From an uncultured Vicinamibacteraceae bacterium (GTDB taxonomy: Bacteria > Acidobacteriota > Vicinamibacteria > Vicinamibacterales > UBA8438), in NCBI GenBank assembly GCA_964636705.1, contig CAZWUJ010000021.1, positions 255 to 64,254 on the forward strand: a DNA stretch of 64,000 nucleotides. Direction: 5' to 3'. Below are positions 24,139-35,826 of the stretch, one piece after another. Position numbers and translations under genes: made by a program. How positions within the stretch are numbered: position 1 is the stretch's first letter; every line of letters starts with the position of its first letter. The notes under the pieces are model-generated. The model did not search any database and had not been told where the DNA came from. It saw nothing but the letters and a program-made list of their open reading frames with translations.

Positions 24139-24837
24139 CTACGTGCGCGGTTCTTCCGCGGCAGCGTCGGTGGTCGAGGCCGAGGCATCCGTCGCCGTCG
24201 ACGCGGTATCGGACGCCGTGGAGTCCGTCCCCGGCGCGGCGGCTTCGGTTGACCCGGCATCCGCTGACGGCGTGTCCGCCGCCATCCCCGTGCCCGTCGC
24301 AGCCGCGCCGGCGCCCGCCTGTGCGGCAGTGGCCTGCGCCGTCGCCGGAGCGGCCTCGGCCCCCGGCGCGCTGGCCGCCGCCGCTGGCGCTGCCGCGAGC
24401 GGCATGATGATCCAGGCCGCCAGGTAAATCAGCAATCCGCCGACCACGAGAGTGCAGAGGGTGAGGAGCACCCACAGCACGCGGACCACGTTTGCATCGA
24501 CGGAGAAGTACTCGGCAAGGCCGCCGCAGACGCCGGCGAGCTGCGAATTGGTGGCGGAGCGCTGCAGCCGGCGGGCGCCCTGAATGATCGGTTCCGAACC
24601 CGGCGCCGCCTCCGGAACGATGAGCCAGCAAGCGATATAGGCGAAGATGCCGAGGAAGATCCCGACGCCCAGACCGAGTAGGCCGGCTGCCGTAAGGACC
24701 AGCCACAGCACGCGAATGATGGCCGGATCGGTTTCGAGATAGCGCGCCAGACCACCGCAGACTCCACCGATGCGCCGGTCCACGAGGGAGCGCTGGAGGC
24801 GCTTCGGGTCTGGGCCGCCGGTCGTATAGTCGTTCAT
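24139..24837 (-). CDS. tandem PspC-domain membrane protein with Ala/Thr-rich tail
   Basis: Two copies of the PspC pattern: RLQRSLVDRRIGGVCGGLARYLETDPAIIRVLWLVL and RLQRSATNSQLAGVCGGLAEYFSVDANVVRVLWVLL. Confidence 0.85.
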   Translation of the reverse strand: MNDYTTGGPDPKRLQRSLVDRRIGGVCGGLARYLETDPAIIRVLWLVLTAAGLLGLGVGIFLGIFAYIACWLIVPEAAPGSEPIIQGARRLQRSATNSQLAGVCGGLAEYFSVDANVVRVLWVLLTLCTLVVGGLLIYLAAWIIMPLAAAPAAAASAPGAEAAPATAQATAAQAGAGAAATGTGMAADTPSADAGSTEAAAPGTDSTASDTASTATDASASTTDAAAEEPRT

Positions 24838-24892
24838 CCGTGGTTCCTCGCTTCCTCTTGCCTTCCCCGCGCCGCGCCGTCCCCCCGCGATT

Positions 24893-26839
24893 CTAGTTGC
24901 CGTCCGAAGGAGGTGGGAACACCCCCGCGCGCCAACCGTTCACGATATGTACGACGTTCGGACGGCTCGCAAGTTCCATCATCACAAACCGGCCGTCGGA
25001 CGTGACGTCGTACGCCGGCAGGTTGCCGAGCGGATCGGTCAGGAAGGGCCCGTCGAAGAGGAGTACCGGTGTCTCGGCGGCTGGTCGTCCGCCGGCGTCC
25101 GCGCGAATCCGCACCTCGTACACGCTGCGTCCTCGCCGAAAGAACAGGATGCTGTCCGCTCGCGCCCAGACCGGTTCGGTTCCGCCGGCGGGGGACACCC
25201 GGAGCGGCGGCGCGTCCCGGTTGCCCGCGGAGGCCCGAACAAAGACCTGATCACCGTCGGCGGTCTCGCTGTCCGAGACATAAGCGATCCAGCGGCCGTC
25301 GGGCGAGTAGGCCGGTGCGCGTTCGTTGGCCGCGGTAGTCAGCCACGGTTCCGGCGCGTCATCGCTTCCGCCCCCCCAGATCCAGATGTCGCGCGCTCGA
25401 TCGGGGTGCGGTTCGTGGAACGCCAGGTCGCGGTCGCCGGGCGACCAGGATCCCGGCGTCCGGAGATCTTCCCCGAGGATCGGTCCGGATGCATCGAGCC
25501 CCGGCAGGTCGAGACGGAAGAGCTGCTGGAGGCCGGTGCGCGACGAGGCGAAGGTGATGGACCGGCCGTCGCGCGACCAGAGGGGTGAATGGTTATCGCC
25601 GCTGCCTTCCGTCAGCCGCAAGCGCGAGCCTCCGGCAAGGTCGAGCAGCCAGAGATCGCGCTGCAGGATCGACGCCGTGGCCCCGAACGCGATCTGCCGG
25701 CCGTCGGGCGACAGGCGCGGCGTCTGGTGCTGCGCCGCGACGTTGTCGATGGGTTCGGTTCGGCCGCTACGATCGACCATCACCAGGCGGTTGCCGCCAG
25801 CGGTCGCTGCCGGCGGAACGAAGACCAGCGTGCCGTCGCGGGCGGCCGCGAACCGCGCGCGCCCAAGACCACTGAACCCGACGCCGCTGCTGGCGACGCC
25901 GCGCAGGACCGGCCGCGGAGGCAGCGCTGTGGCTGCGCCATCCGTTCCGGCGCCGGCCGGGGCGCCCAGCGCGATCGCGATGTCGGTTGGACCGCCGGCG
26001 GGCCCGGAGGACGGATCAGCAAGGTCGTCCAGAAGCTCCTCATCGACCAGGGCCGCAAACGCCTCGCCGCGGCGCGCGACGACGACGGTGTTCGGATCGA
26101 CCACGAAGCCGCCGCCGTCGGCCAGAAGCAACGGCAGAATGCGCCCGGTCTCAACGTGCAGCAGCGCGACCCGGGGATCCTGGCCGTGGCGCCCGACGGT
26201 GAACAGGATGTGTTCGTCGTCAAAGCGCTGCGGCCAGCCATGCGCCGTTTCGCCCGACCCCGCGTCGACAACGGTCAACGGCGCCGGCGTCCCGCCGCTG
26301 GCCGGCACCGCGAGCAGACCTGCGGCGCCCGGACCGCCAAGAACGATTGTCCCGTCGTGACGCCAGGAGCCTCCCGCCGGAATGCCGGTCAACTCGGCCA
26401 CGAGGGCCGGTGGTTGCAGCGGCTGATCGGAGTCGGCCGGAACCGGCGACCGCTTGAGTTGGGGTCCGGCAAAGTACCCGACGGCGGAGCCATCCGGTGA
26501 GAAGAAGGGCTGTTCCGCGCCAGCGGTGTCCGGCAGTTCCACTGCCTCGAAGCTGTCCATCGGCCGGACGTAGAGTCGCGCACGGCCTTCACGGATGGCG
26601 GTGTAGGCGAGCTGCTGCCCGTCCGGGGACACGGCGATGTCGAGCAACTCCAAGTCGTCCGGCACGAGGACGGACAGCGCGCGCCTGGCGGCGGGCGGCG
26701 CGGGCGGATTGTCCGCGGCGCGCCACCAGGCAAGCATCGCGGCGAGTCCGGCGAACCCGACGAGACCCCCGATCAGCAGAGCCCGGCCGATGCGTCGCGC
26801 GTCCGCCGCGCCGTCCGCGTCCGGGCGCTCCGTTTCCAT
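24893..26839 (-). CDS. TolB-like (PD40/WD40-like) beta-propeller protein with N-terminal membrane anchor
   Basis: Repeats of the type SPDGRQIAF, SRDGRSITFASSRTG and YSPDGRWIAYVSD. The start is taken at METERPD (26839). Confidence 0.8.
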   Translation of the reverse strand: METERPDADGAADARRIGRALLIGGLVGFAGLAAMLAWWRAADNPPAPPAARRALSVLVPDDLELLDIAVSPDGQQLAYTAIREGRARLYVRPMDSFEAVELPDTAGAEQPFFSPDGSAVGYFAGPQLKRSPVPADSDQPLQPPALVAELTGIPAGGSWRHDGTIVLGGPGAAGLLAVPASGGTPAPLTVVDAGSGETAHGWPQRFDDEHILFTVGRHGQDPRVALLHVETGRILPLLLADGGGFVVDPNTVVVARRGEAFAALVDEELLDDLADPSSGPAGGPTDIAIALGAPAGAGTDGAATALPPRPVLRGVASSGVGFSGLGRARFAAARDGTLVFVPPAATAGGNRLVMVDRSGRTEPIDNVAAQHQTPRLSPDGRQIAFGATASILQRDLWLLDLAGGSRLRLTEGSGDNHSPLWSRDGRSITFASSRTGLQQLFRLDLPGLDASGPILGEDLRTPGSWSPGDRDLAFHEPHPDRARDIWIWGGGSDDAPEPWLTTAANERAPAYSPDGRWIAYVSDSETADGDQVFVRASAGNRDAPPLRVSPAGGTEPVWARADSILFFRRGRSVYEVRIRADAGGRPAAETPVLLFDGPFLTDPLGNLPAYDVTSDGRFVMMELASRPNVVHIVNGWRAGVFPPPSDGN

Positions 26840-26907
26840 CCGGCCCCATAGTAGGTTAGAAGAGCGTCTGTCACGAGGAAGAGGCCGCGTGGTACGATGC
26901 CTGCCCG

Positions 26908-29900
26908 TTGGCACCTGCCTCGCGCATCACGATCCTGACGGGCCCGGCGGCGAGCGCGCGACTGGACGCGGCGGCGGACTATCTGCGACGCAACCTGCAC
27001 GATTCCACGGCGCCCGAGGTGCTGCTGGTCGGGCAGACACGCGAGGCGGCGGACGAGCTGGCGCGCGGCCTGGCAATGGAAGCGGGCGCCACGTTCGGGC
27101 TGCACCGATTCGGCCTGCGGCAACTCGCGTGGCGCCTGGCGGCGGTGGAACTCGCGCGCCGCGGGCTGGCGCCGGCCAGTCCGCTGGCGGCGGAGGCGGT
27201 GGCCACCCATGCGGCCTTCGAGGAGCTGACCGGACGGCGGCTCAACTACCTTCATCCCATCGCCAGGTTCCGTGCATTCGGCCGCACGCTCGCGGCGACG
27301 CTCCGCGATCTGCGCCATGCCGGTATAGATGCCGCTACGGCGAAACAGACGGGCGGCAGCGGTCCGGACATCGCCCGGCTCGCCGGCCGGTACGACGCGC
27401 TGATAGATGCCGCCGGCCTGGCGGATGACGCGGCACTGTTCCGCGTGGCGGCCGACGTCGCCCGGGGCGATGCGGCAGCGGCGACCGGCCTCCCGCTCGG
27501 CGGCGAGCTTCTGCTGCTCGATGTGGCGGTGCTGGACGACGCCGCCTATGATTTCGTCTCGGCGATAACGAGCCATGCCAGGTCGGTGCTCGCGACCGTG
27601 CCAGCCGGAGACGCCTCGACGCTGGCTGCACTCAGGCAGTTGCCGGCCGCAGAGATGATCGACGCGGGGGATGACGCGGGCGGCAGCGACGCTGGCCAGG
27701 CCGCGCGCGATCCGCTCGACCGCGTCCGCCGCTACCTGTTCGCCACTGAGGATCCACCGCTGGCGGAGGGCGACGCGCCCGAGGGCGACACTCTCACGTT
27801 CTTCTCTGCCCCAGGCGAGAGCCGTGAGGCGGTGGAGATTGCCCGCGCGATCGTCGGGGAAGCGGCGCGCGGCGTTGCATTCGACGAGATGGCGATCGTA
27901 ATCCGCTCGCCGGGCGTCTACGCCGGCCTGGTGGAGACCGCGCTGGCCCGCGCCGGCGTCGACGCCTACTTCTCCCGTGGCACCCGCGTGCCGCATCCGG
28001 CCGGCCGAGCGTTTCTCGCGCTACTTGGTTGCGCGCTCGAGAACCTGTCGGCCCGGCGCTTTTCGGAGTACCTCTCGCTGGGTCAGGTCCCGACGCTGGA
28101 TCCCGACGGCGCGCCACCCGGCAGCGGAGAGCGCTGGACGCTCCCCGACAGCACGCCGGAGATGACGCCGACGCTGTCACAACCTTCGCTCTTCGACGCC
28201 AGGGAGGAGGCCGCCGGCGCCGACAGCGATGGTGGAGCCGCGGATGCGGAAACGGCGGACAGCGACGAAACGCCGGTCGTGGGCGGTGCGCTCCGCGCCC
28301 CGCGCCGCTGGGACGAGCTGCTCGTCGAATCGGCCGTCGTCGGCGGTCGCGACCGATGGGAACGCCGCCTCGACGGTTTCGCCGCCGAACTCGCCGCGCG
28401 CCTGGAGGAACTCGGAAGCGACGAACCCGAGTCACCTCGCCTGCGGCGCTTCGAGCGTCAGATTCGGAACCTGTCGCACCTTCGGCAGTTCGCGCTCCCC
28501 GTGATCGATCGCCTGGCCGCTCTTCCCCAGAAGGCGCTCTGGGGTGAATGGCTCGATCACCTCGAGGCGCTGGCGCCAGTGGTGCTGAAGGATCCGGACG
28601 ACGTCCTCGCCGTCCTGGGCGACCTGCGGCCGATGGCCAATGTCGGGCCGGCGCCGCTTGCGGACGTGCGCGATGTGCTCACCGAGCGGCTGACCGACCT
28701 GCAGCGAAACCCGCCGCGCCGGCGGTACGGCCGCGTCTTCGTCGGCGACCCGGATCAACTGCGGGGCCGGCGCTTTCGCGTCATCTTCATCCCGGGACTC
28801 GCCGAGCGGGTGTTTCCGCACCGGCACCGGCAGGATCCCCTGCTGCTCGACCGCCACCGCGCCGAGCTCAACGCGGCGGCGAACGACACGCCGCACATCG
28901 GCCTCCCGAGCCGGCACGATCTGAACCAGCGGGAGAAGCTGCTGCTGCAGGTCGCCGTCGGCGCCGCCACCGAGCGGATCTGGGTCTCGTATCCCCGCCT
29001 GGAAGCGAGCAAGGCGCGACAGCGCGTTCCGTCGTTCTACGCGCTCGACATCGAGCGGGCGCGCGCCGGCCACATCCCGGATTTCCGCGAGATTGAGCGC
29101 AAGGCGTCCGAGCAGGTGACGGCGCGCCTTGCCTGGCCGGCGCCTCTGGATCCGGATCTCGCGATCGACGATACGGAACATGACCTGGCCGTGCTGCACG
29201 ATCTGTTCAAACGGCCGACCGACGAGATCACGGGGCGCGCGCGCTACCTGTTTCATCTGAACGAAGGGCTGCGCCGCGCGCTCATCGCGCGGTGGGCTCG
29301 GTGGGACAGGCGCTGGTCGAGGCACGACGGCCTGTACGCCGTGAGCGACGCGACGCGAGCGATGCTGGCGGACCACCGGCTCGACCGGCGCGCGTACTCC
29401 TGTTCCGGCCTCCAGCGCTTCGCCGTCTGCCCATACCAGTTCTTCCTCGGATCGGTCGCGCGAATCCACCCACTGGACGAGATCCCGGCGCCGATCGAGC
29501 AGCTCGACCCGCTGACGCGGGGCAGCATCTTCCACGAGGTACAGGCCGAGTTCACGCGCGCGCTCCGGGAGCAGAACGCGCTGCCGGTGACGCGTGCGCG
29601 GCTCGCGCTGGCCGAGCAGGAGATCGACAGGATCCTCGACGATGTCGCGGCACGCAGGAAGGACGAGCTGGTTCCCGCGATCGAGCGGGTTTGGCGCGAC
29701 GAGATCGAAACGATGCGGATCGACCTGAAGGGCTGGCTCCACCGAGTCGCCGACGAGGGCGGCGAGTGGATCCCGCTGCACGCCGAGTTTGCCTTCGGCT
29801 TGCCGCGCGGCTCCGACTTCGACCCGGAGAGCGTGGCCGAGCCGGCGACCCTGAACGGGCGGTGGCTGCTCCATGGCGTCGTCGACCAGATCGAGGCCCC

Positions 29901-30321
29901 GGCGCGGCCCAGCGAGAAGGGTGAGTTGCGCGTCACCGACCACAAGACCGGGAAGAACCGGACGAAGCGGGACATGGTGGTGAATGGCGGTGAGACGCTA
30001 CAGCCCGTCCTCTACGGACTCGCGGTTGAACAGGCGCTCGGACGGCCGGTCATCGAGTCGCAACTCTTCTTCGCCACCTCGGCCGGCCGCTACGACCATC
30101 GGAGGGTTCGGCTGGGCGACAACGAGCGGCGACAGGGGATCGAGGTGCTCGAGGTCATCGACCGCGCGATCGAGACGGGCGTGCTGGTACCGGCCCCGCG
30201 CGAGAGAGCCTGCGAGTGGTGCGACTTCCGGCCGGTGTGCGGCCCCTGGGAAGAGCGTCGCATCGGGAAGAAGGAGAGGCGGCTCCTGAGCGACCTCGCG
30301 GCACTGAGGTCCCGGCCATGA
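26908..30321 (+). CDS. addB: AddB-type PD-(D/E)XK nuclease subunit with Fe-S cysteine cluster, degenerate P-loop
   Basis: The N-terminal [11 protein letters not shown] is a degraded Walker A. The C-terminus has [10 protein letters not shown] and [10 protein letters not shown] (C-x2-C-x5-C). TTG start, and ATGA overlap with the following helicase gene. Confidence 0.8.
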   Translation: MAPASRITILTGPAASARLDAAADYLRRNLHDSTAPEVLLVGQTREAADELARGLAMEAGATFGLHRFGLRQLAWRLAAVELARRGLAPASPLAAEAVATHAAFEELTGRRLNYLHPIARFRAFGRTLAATLRDLRHAGIDAATAKQTGGSGPDIARLAGRYDALIDAAGLADDAALFRVAADVARGDAAAATGLPLGGELLLLDVAVLDDAAYDFVSAITSHARSVLATVPAGDASTLAALRQLPAAEMIDAGDDAGGSDAGQAARDPLDRVRRYLFATEDPPLAEGDAPEGDTLTFFSAPGESREAVEIARAIVGEAARGVAFDEMAIVIRSPGVYAGLVETALARAGVDAYFSRGTRVPHPAGRAFLALLGCALENLSARRFSEYLSLGQVPTLDPDGAPPGSGERWTLPDSTPEMTPTLSQPSLFDAREEAAGADSDGGAADAETADSDETPVVGGALRAPRRWDELLVESAVVGGRDRWERRLDGFAAELAARLEELGSDEPESPRLRRFERQIRNLSHLRQFALPVIDRLAALPQKALWGEWLDHLEALAPVVLKDPDDVLAVLGDLRPMANVGPAPLADVRDVLTERLTDLQRNPPRRRYGRVFVGDPDQLRGRRFRVIFIPGLAERVFPHRHRQDPLLLDRHRAELNAAANDTPHIGLPSRHDLNQREKLLLQVAVGAATERIWVSYPRLEASKARQRVPSFYALDIERARAGHIPDFREIERKASEQVTARLAWPAPLDPDLAIDDTEHDLAVLHDLFKRPTDEITGRARYLFHLNEGLRRALIARWARWDRRWSRHDGLYAVSDATRAMLADHRLDRRAYSCSGLQRFAVCPYQFFLGSVARIHPLDEIPAPIEQLDPLTRGSIFHEVQAEFTRALREQNALPVTRARLALAEQEIDRILDDVAARRKDELVPAIERVWRDEIETMRIDLKGWLHRVADEGGEWIPLHAEFAFGLPRGSDFDPESVAEPATLNGRWLLHGVVDQIEAPARPSEKGELRVTDHKTGKNRTKRDMVVNGGETLQPVLYGLAVEQALGRPVIESQLFFATSAGRYDHRRVRLGDNERRQGIEVLEVIDRAIETGVLVPAPRERACEWCDFRPVCGPWEERRIGKKERRLLSDLAALRSRP

Positions 30322-33300
30322 GCGCGGACGTCGGCCCTGGGCGTCCACCGCTCGCCGACGGCGAGGCGCGCCAACGCATCCGGCATTCGCTCGACGAGTC
30401 GCTCGTCGTCGAAGCGGCGGCGGGGACGGGGAAGACAAGCGAACTCGTGTCGCGCATCGTCGCAATGCTCGAGCAGGGCCGTGCAAGAGTCGACCAGATC
30501 CTGGCCGTCACGTTTACCGAGAAGGCAGCGGGCGAACTGAAACTGCGCCTGCGCGAGGAACTCGAGCGAGCGCGGCAGTCGGATGTCCCGGATGCCGCCG
30601 CGGGTGTGCCGTCACTGGATCCGACAGCGCGCGCCCGCAATCTGGACGAGGCGATCGCGCATCTGGAAGAAGCGCAGGTGTCGACGATCCACGGTTTCTG
30701 TGCCGACCTGCTGCGCGAACGCCCGGTCGAAGCGCAGGTCGATCCGCAGTTTGCGGTCCTGGAAGAGTCGCAGTCCCATCAACTCTTCCGGGAGGCGTTT
30801 CAGGACTGGTTGCAGACGACGCTCGATCATCCGCCCGAAGGGGTCCGGCGCGCGCTCCGCCGCAGGAACGACCGCTCGAGTTTCGACGACCCGGATACGC
30901 GGGAAGACAGCCCGACCGACCGCATCGAGCGAGCCGCCTGGGCCCTGACCGAGTGGCGGGACTTCACCCGGCCGTGGCGCCGCGAGAATTTTCCGCGCGA
31001 GTCGATGATCGATCAGGTCACGGCGCACCTGATGGAGTTCGCGGACCTGACGGATCGGGCCGAGTACCTCGACGATCCGTTCTACCGGGCTATGCAGCCG
31101 GTGCGCGCCGCCGTGCAGCAGATCCGCGAGACCGACGCGATCGGGCCGCGCCGCCGAGATTACGACGGCATCGAAGCGCAACTGGTGCAACTCGCTGGTG
31201 ACGGCTACGTGGTCCGTCCGCGGGCCAAGGGACGCCGGACCATGTACGGCGTCGACGTCACGCGCGAGCAGGTATTGGAACAGCACGGAAAGATCGTCGA
31301 GGTGCTCGAGCAGTTCCGGCGCGTCGCGAACGCCGACCTTGCCGCACGCCTCCAGACCGAGTTGCGCGATCCGATCGAGCGCTACGGGAGGCTGAAGGCC
31401 GACGCCGGGTCCGTCGACTTCGTCGACCTGTTGCTACGGGCGCGCGACCTGATCCATGACGACGACGTCGTCCGCCGCGACATGCAGGAGCGCTACACGC
31501 GGATCTTCGTCGACGAGTTCCAGGACACGGACCCCCTGCAGGCGGAGATCCTGCTGCTGCTTGCCGCTGACGACCCCGCTCAGCGCGACTGGCGCGAGGT
31601 GAGGCCGGCTGCCGGCAAGCTCTTCATCGTCGGCGACCCGAAGCAGTCCATCTACCGTTTCCGCCGCGCTGACGTCCGCATCTACCGGCAGGTGACGGAG
31701 CAGTTGGCGCGGGTCGGAGTGGAGATGGTGTCGCTGTCGACCAGCTACCGCGCGGTCCCGAGGATTCAGCGCCTGGTGAATGCGGCATTCGAGCCGCTCA
31801 TGAGCACGCCGCCCGCGCCTGCTTCGGGTGAGAGCGCCTTCCGCCGGTCGGGGTACGTTCCGCTCGGACCCTACCGCGCGGACGAGCCTTCGCAACCGGC
31901 CGTGGTCGCGCTGCCGGCGCCGCGGCCTTACAGCATCCGCAACGTCACGAAGGGGCAGATCGAGGCGTCGCTGCCCGACGCCACCGGCGCGTTCGTCCAT
32001 TGGCTGGTCCACCACAGCGGCTGGACCGTGACCGAGCGGCAGCCGGGGGGAGAGTTGGAGCGCGTGCCGGTCGAGGCGCGGCACGTGGCGCTCCTCTTCC
32101 GGCGATTCACCAGTTTCCGCGACGACAAGACGCGCCCCTACGTCGATGCGCTCGAGGCGCGCGGATTGCCCCATCTGCTCGTTGGGGGCCGCTCGTTTCA
32201 CGATCGCGAGGAGGTGGCGACGGTGCGGGCCGCGCTCGCGGCGATCGAATGGCCGGACGACGAGCTGTCCGTGATGGCGACGCTACGCGGGTCGCTCTTC
32301 GCGTTCGACGACGAGACGCTCTTCGCCTGGCGATACCATTTCCGCCGTCTTCATCCCTTCCGCATCCCAGGCGCGCTACGCCCGGAGGCAGAGGGAGACG
32401 CCGCCACCGACTCGGGCGACCGCCTCTCGACGACGGATCGGGAGCGCTTCCGTCCCGTGGCCGATGCCCTCGCGTTGTTGCGGCAGCTCAGCCTGCGGCG
32501 TAACGACACGCCCATTGCGCACACTATCGGGATGCTGCTGGAAGCCACGCGCGCGCACGCCGGATTCGCCATGCGCCGCGCCGGTGAGCAGGTGCTCGCG
32601 AACGTCCTGCAGATTGGCGAGCTGGCGCGGCGCTACGAGGAACGCGGCGGGTTGTCGTTCCGCGGCTTCCTCGATCACCTGGCCGACGAGGCAGCGGAGC
32701 ACGAAACGGGTGAGGCGCCGATTCTCGAAGCGTCCAGTGACGGGGTGCGCATCATGACCGTCCACGCGGCGAAGGGGCTGGAGTTTCCCGTCGTGATCCT
32801 GGCCGATCCCACCGCCCGGCTGCATGCGGCCACCGCGAGCCGGTTCATCGACTCGGAGGCGGGCCTGTGCGCAATCCGCCTGGGCGGCTGGTCGCCGATC
32901 GACCTCATGGAGCACGAGCCGGAGGAGATCGCACGGGACCAGGAGGAAGGGATTCGGCTCGCCTACGTGGCGGCGACGCGCGCCCGCGATCTGCTGGTGG
33001 TGCCGGCGGTGGGCGATGCGCCGGAGCCGGATTCCTGGATCACGAAGACCGCCGGCTGGAGGAGTTACCCGCTACAGGGCGTCTGGACAAGCCCACTCTA
33101 CTCGGCTGTCTATCCGCCAAAAGAACGGCGCAGAGGCGCGGCGGAGGCGCCGGGGTGTCCGCGCTTCGGACGCGACTCGGTGCTGGAACGGCCGGATGAC
33201 ACCGGCGCCACGAAAGAGACCGTGTCGCCCGGCCTGCATAGTTGGGGTCCAGTACGGCAAGGAGTGTTGGCGGATATCGGCGAACACGCGCGCAGCTTGG

Positions 33301-34220
33301 ACGGCCCCGGTGGCATCAACATGCGCGCGCCCGGCGAGCGGGGCGCTGAAGTAGTGCCATTTCCGGACCGCAATGTGCAAGAGGGGGTGGACTGGCAGGA
33401 TCGGCCGGCCTCTTCCGCTGGCTGGGAAGTAGTGTGGTGGGACCCGTCCCGGCTGGAACTGGACGTGGAGGCGCCATTCGGAATCCGCCAGGAGGAGCTG
33501 CTTTCCAGGAAGGCGCCAACGAGCGTGGTGGAGCAAGACGTTCGCCGCTACCGGGAGTGGCGGCGGCGGCACGACGACACCCTGGAGCAGGGGACGCGCC
33601 GCAGTCTGGAGGTGACCACAGCGACCGCGCGCGCGCGCGACGCGGCGGAGAGCGCGAAGGGTGAAAGCCGCGCGCCGGACGCGGCTGCCCGGATTGGCGC
33701 TGACGGATCAAACGCGTCGGACGAGATCGAGGTGATCGACATCGACCGCGCGTCCGGCCGCCCCGGCGGCAAGCGCTTCGGGTCGCTCGTACACGCCCTG
33801 CTCTCGACTGTCCCGTTGGAGCCGCCGGATGGCGCCGGCGTCCCGGTGGATGAACTGGCGCTGGTCCATGGCCGGGTATTGGGCGCGACGCCGGAAGAAG
33901 TAAGGGCGGCCGCCGACGTGGCGACGCGGACCCTGGCGCATCCGCTGATTGCCCGGGCCCGCGACGCGCTCGCCCGCGGTGAGTGCCGTCGGGAGGCCCC
34001 GGTCACCATGCGGGACGCCGACGGTGCGCTGATCGAAGGCGTAGTCGACATCGCCTTCCGCGAGGACGGCGCCTGGACGGTCGTCGACTACAAGACCGAC
34101 CGCGAGTTGGACGAAGCTGACGACGCGCTCGACATCTACCGGCGGCAGGTCGCTCTGTACGCTGACATGATCGCCCGCGCCACGGGCGAACCCGTCACCG
34201 GCATCTTGTTGCGGGTCTAG
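30318..34220 (+). CDS. addA: AddA/RecB-type UvrD-family helicase-nuclease
   Basis: Walker [55 protein letters not shown], and a C-terminal nuclease motif GVVDIAF...VVDYKTD. Confidence 0.9.
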   Translation: MSADVGPGRPPLADGEARQRIRHSLDESLVVEAAAGTGKTSELVSRIVAMLEQGRARVDQILAVTFTEKAAGELKLRLREELERARQSDVPDAAAGVPSLDPTARARNLDEAIAHLEEAQVSTIHGFCADLLRERPVEAQVDPQFAVLEESQSHQLFREAFQDWLQTTLDHPPEGVRRALRRRNDRSSFDDPDTREDSPTDRIERAAWALTEWRDFTRPWRRENFPRESMIDQVTAHLMEFADLTDRAEYLDDPFYRAMQPVRAAVQQIRETDAIGPRRRDYDGIEAQLVQLAGDGYVVRPRAKGRRTMYGVDVTREQVLEQHGKIVEVLEQFRRVANADLAARLQTELRDPIERYGRLKADAGSVDFVDLLLRARDLIHDDDVVRRDMQERYTRIFVDEFQDTDPLQAEILLLLAADDPAQRDWREVRPAAGKLFIVGDPKQSIYRFRRADVRIYRQVTEQLARVGVEMVSLSTSYRAVPRIQRLVNAAFEPLMSTPPAPASGESAFRRSGYVPLGPYRADEPSQPAVVALPAPRPYSIRNVTKGQIEASLPDATGAFVHWLVHHSGWTVTERQPGGELERVPVEARHVALLFRRFTSFRDDKTRPYVDALEARGLPHLLVGGRSFHDREEVATVRAALAAIEWPDDELSVMATLRGSLFAFDDETLFAWRYHFRRLHPFRIPGALRPEAEGDAATDSGDRLSTTDRERFRPVADALALLRQLSLRRNDTPIAHTIGMLLEATRAHAGFAMRRAGEQVLANVLQIGELARRYEERGGLSFRGFLDHLADEAAEHETGEAPILEASSDGVRIMTVHAAKGLEFPVVILADPTARLHAATASRFIDSEAGLCAIRLGGWSPIDLMEHEPEEIARDQEEGIRLAYVAATRARDLLVVPAVGDAPEPDSWITKTAGWRSYPLQGVWTSPLYSAVYPPKERRRGAAEAPGCPRFGRDSVLERPDDTGATKETVSPGLHSWGPVRQGVLADIGEHARSLDGPGGINMRAPGERGAEVVPFPDRNVQEGVDWQDRPASSAGWEVVWWDPSRLELDVEAPFGIRQEELLSRKAPTSVVEQDVRRYREWRRRHDDTLEQGTRRSLEVTTATARARDAAESAKGESRAPDAAARIGADGSNASDEIEVIDIDRASGRPGGKRFGSLVHALLSTVPLEPPDGAGVPVDELALVHGRVLGATPEEVRAAADVATRTLAHPLIARARDALARGECRREAPVTMRDADGALIEGVVDIAFREDGAWTVVDYKTDRELDEADDALDIYRRQVALYADMIARATGEPVTGILLRV

Positions 34221-34233
34221 CCGTCGAGCGACA

Positions 34234-35826
34234 ATGGGATGCCCAATGCAGACCGAACGGGACTTGATTGACCGGTGCACTGCCCTCATCGGCCATCGCG
34301 CCCGTCTCTCGTCCCCCGAGCGCGCGCTTCTGGCCGCCGCCGAAGTGAATCGGCGGGCTCCCGTTTCGTCTCTCGATGGTGTTCTCGCCACACGTGCCGC
34401 CATCCTGCGTGGCGACGATCCGCTGGGCGATGCGTTCATGGCGATTCGTTCGGCGCGGTCCCGGCGGGCTGCAGGCGCGGTGTACTCGCCGCGGGAGATC
34501 GTCCAGTCGATGGTCGGCTGGCTTGCTGCTCAGGGCACGCCGATGCGCGTGGTTGACCCTGGTTCGGGCTCAGGGCGGTTTCTCCTGGCGGCGGGCGAGA
34601 CGTTTCCGAGCGCCCGCCTTGTTGCAGTTGAAACCGATCCACTTGCGGTGTTGACGCTCCGCGCCAATCTCGCGGTGCGTGGATGGAGCCGCCGCGCATC
34701 CGTCCATGTTGCGGATTACCGGTCGGTGGTTCTCCCTCGTTGCCGAGGTCTGACGGCGTTCGTGGGGAATCCGCCGTACGTGCGCCACCACGGCATAGAC
34801 GGCAAGTGGAAGCAATGGTACGTGTCGCGCTTCGCGGAACAGGGTGTCCGTGCGAGTTCGCTTGCCGGCCTGCACCTCCATTTCTTTCTGCAGACCAGCC
34901 TGCTGGCCAGAAAGGGTGACGTCGGTGCGTTTGTCACGTCGGCAGAATGGCTTGACGTCAACTACGGATCCGCGCTTCGTCGTTTGTTCATCGATGGCCT
35001 CGGGGGCATCGCCCTCCACGTGCTTGAGCCGTCCGTCCAGGCCTTTCCGGCAACGGCTACTACGGCCGCAATCGCCTGCTTCCGTGTGGGCGGACCGCCC
35101 GAACAGGTAGGTGTTCGTTCTGTTGCGGCCCTCGCTAGTGTCGGGGAACTGACGCAGGGCAGGAAGATCTCCCGCGAGGAGCTCAAGGCTGCATCTCGCT
35201 GGACGCCCGTCGTGCGGCCCACCAATGGCGTTCCTAGGCGTGGCATTGAACTGCGAGAGCTCTTCCGCGTACATCGCGGGCAGGTGACTGGAGCAAACGG
35301 CGTCTGGTTGGAGGGTACGCACGCGGCCAATCTTCCGGAATGCGTCAAGCTCCCGGCCGTGACGAAGGCTGTCGACCTGATCAAGGCTGGTTCGACGCTC
35401 CACTCGACGGCCGGACTTCGCCGCGTGATTGATCTTCCACTTGACTTCGCGCAATTCACCTCCAGCGAGAGACGTCGTATCGAAGACTTTCTCGTGTGGG
35501 CGAAGGAACAGGGGGCCGACCGTACCTACATCGCCCGACATCGTCCCGCGTGGTGGTCTGTACGCCTTAAGGCGCCCGCGCCGATACTCTGCACGTACAT
35601 GGCGCGCCGCCCGCCGCAGTTCACCGTCAACGCCTGTGGCGCGCGCCACATCAACGTGGCGCACGGCCTCTATCCGCGCGAACGGCTCAGTGCCGAGGCG
35701 CTCGCCCGTTTGGTCGTCTGGCTCAACACGAATGTCGGTACCGCGGACGGCCGCACCTACGCGGGGGGCTTGACGAAGTTCGAGCCGCGGGAAGTAGAGC
35801 GCATCAGGATTCCTCGTGACTTCTAG
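34234..35826 (+). CDS. gamma-class N6-adenine DNA methyltransferase (Eco57I/SalI-XamI-like family)
   Basis: GAVYSPREIV, SAM motif VVDPGSGSGRF and catalytic FVGNPPYVRH. The ORF is intact at 530 aa and starts 13 nt downstream of addA. Confidence 0.85.
   Translation: MGCPMQTERDLIDRCTALIGHRARLSSPERALLAAAEVNRRAPVSSLDGVLATRAAILRGDDPLGDAFMAIRSARSRRAAGAVYSPREIVQSMVGWLAAQGTPMRVVDPGSGSGRFLLAAGETFPSARLVAVETDPLAVLTLRANLAVRGWSRRASVHVADYRSVVLPRCRGLTAFVGNPPYVRHHGIDGKWKQWYVSRFAEQGVRASSLAGLHLHFFLQTSLLARKGDVGAFVTSAEWLDVNYGSALRRLFIDGLGGIALHVLEPSVQAFPATATTAAIACFRVGGPPEQVGVRSVAALASVGELTQGRKISREELKAASRWTPVVRPTNGVPRRGIELRELFRVHRGQVTGANGVWLEGTHAANLPECVKLPAVTKAVDLIKAGSTLHSTAGLRRVIDLPLDFAQFTSSERRRIEDFLVWAKEQGADRTYIARHRPAWWSVRLKAPAPILCTYMARRPPQFTVNACGARHINVAHGLYPRERLSAEALARLVVWLNTNVGTADGRTYAGGLTKFEPREVERIRIPRDF

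Noticed and set aside
26909-26923. Sigma-54-like TGGCACCTGCCTCGC at the addB start
   Set aside because: It overlaps the TTG start codon itself, so it cannot drive that gene. The -12 region is TCGC rather than TTGC. It is probably a chance match.
28432-29943. 503-aa minus-strand ORF inside addB (similar case: 61767-63179 opposite the M28 peptidase)
   Set aside because: They are antisense to genes with strong motif support, and no motifs of their own were seen.
26908-34220. The addB-addA pair as a candidate novel defence nuclease-helicase system
   Set aside because: The domain order is the standard AddAB recombination-repair machine: an inactive P-loop plus Fe-S nuclease subunit, and a UvrD helicase with a C-terminal D-Y-K nuclease. 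Nothing was seen to be atypical.
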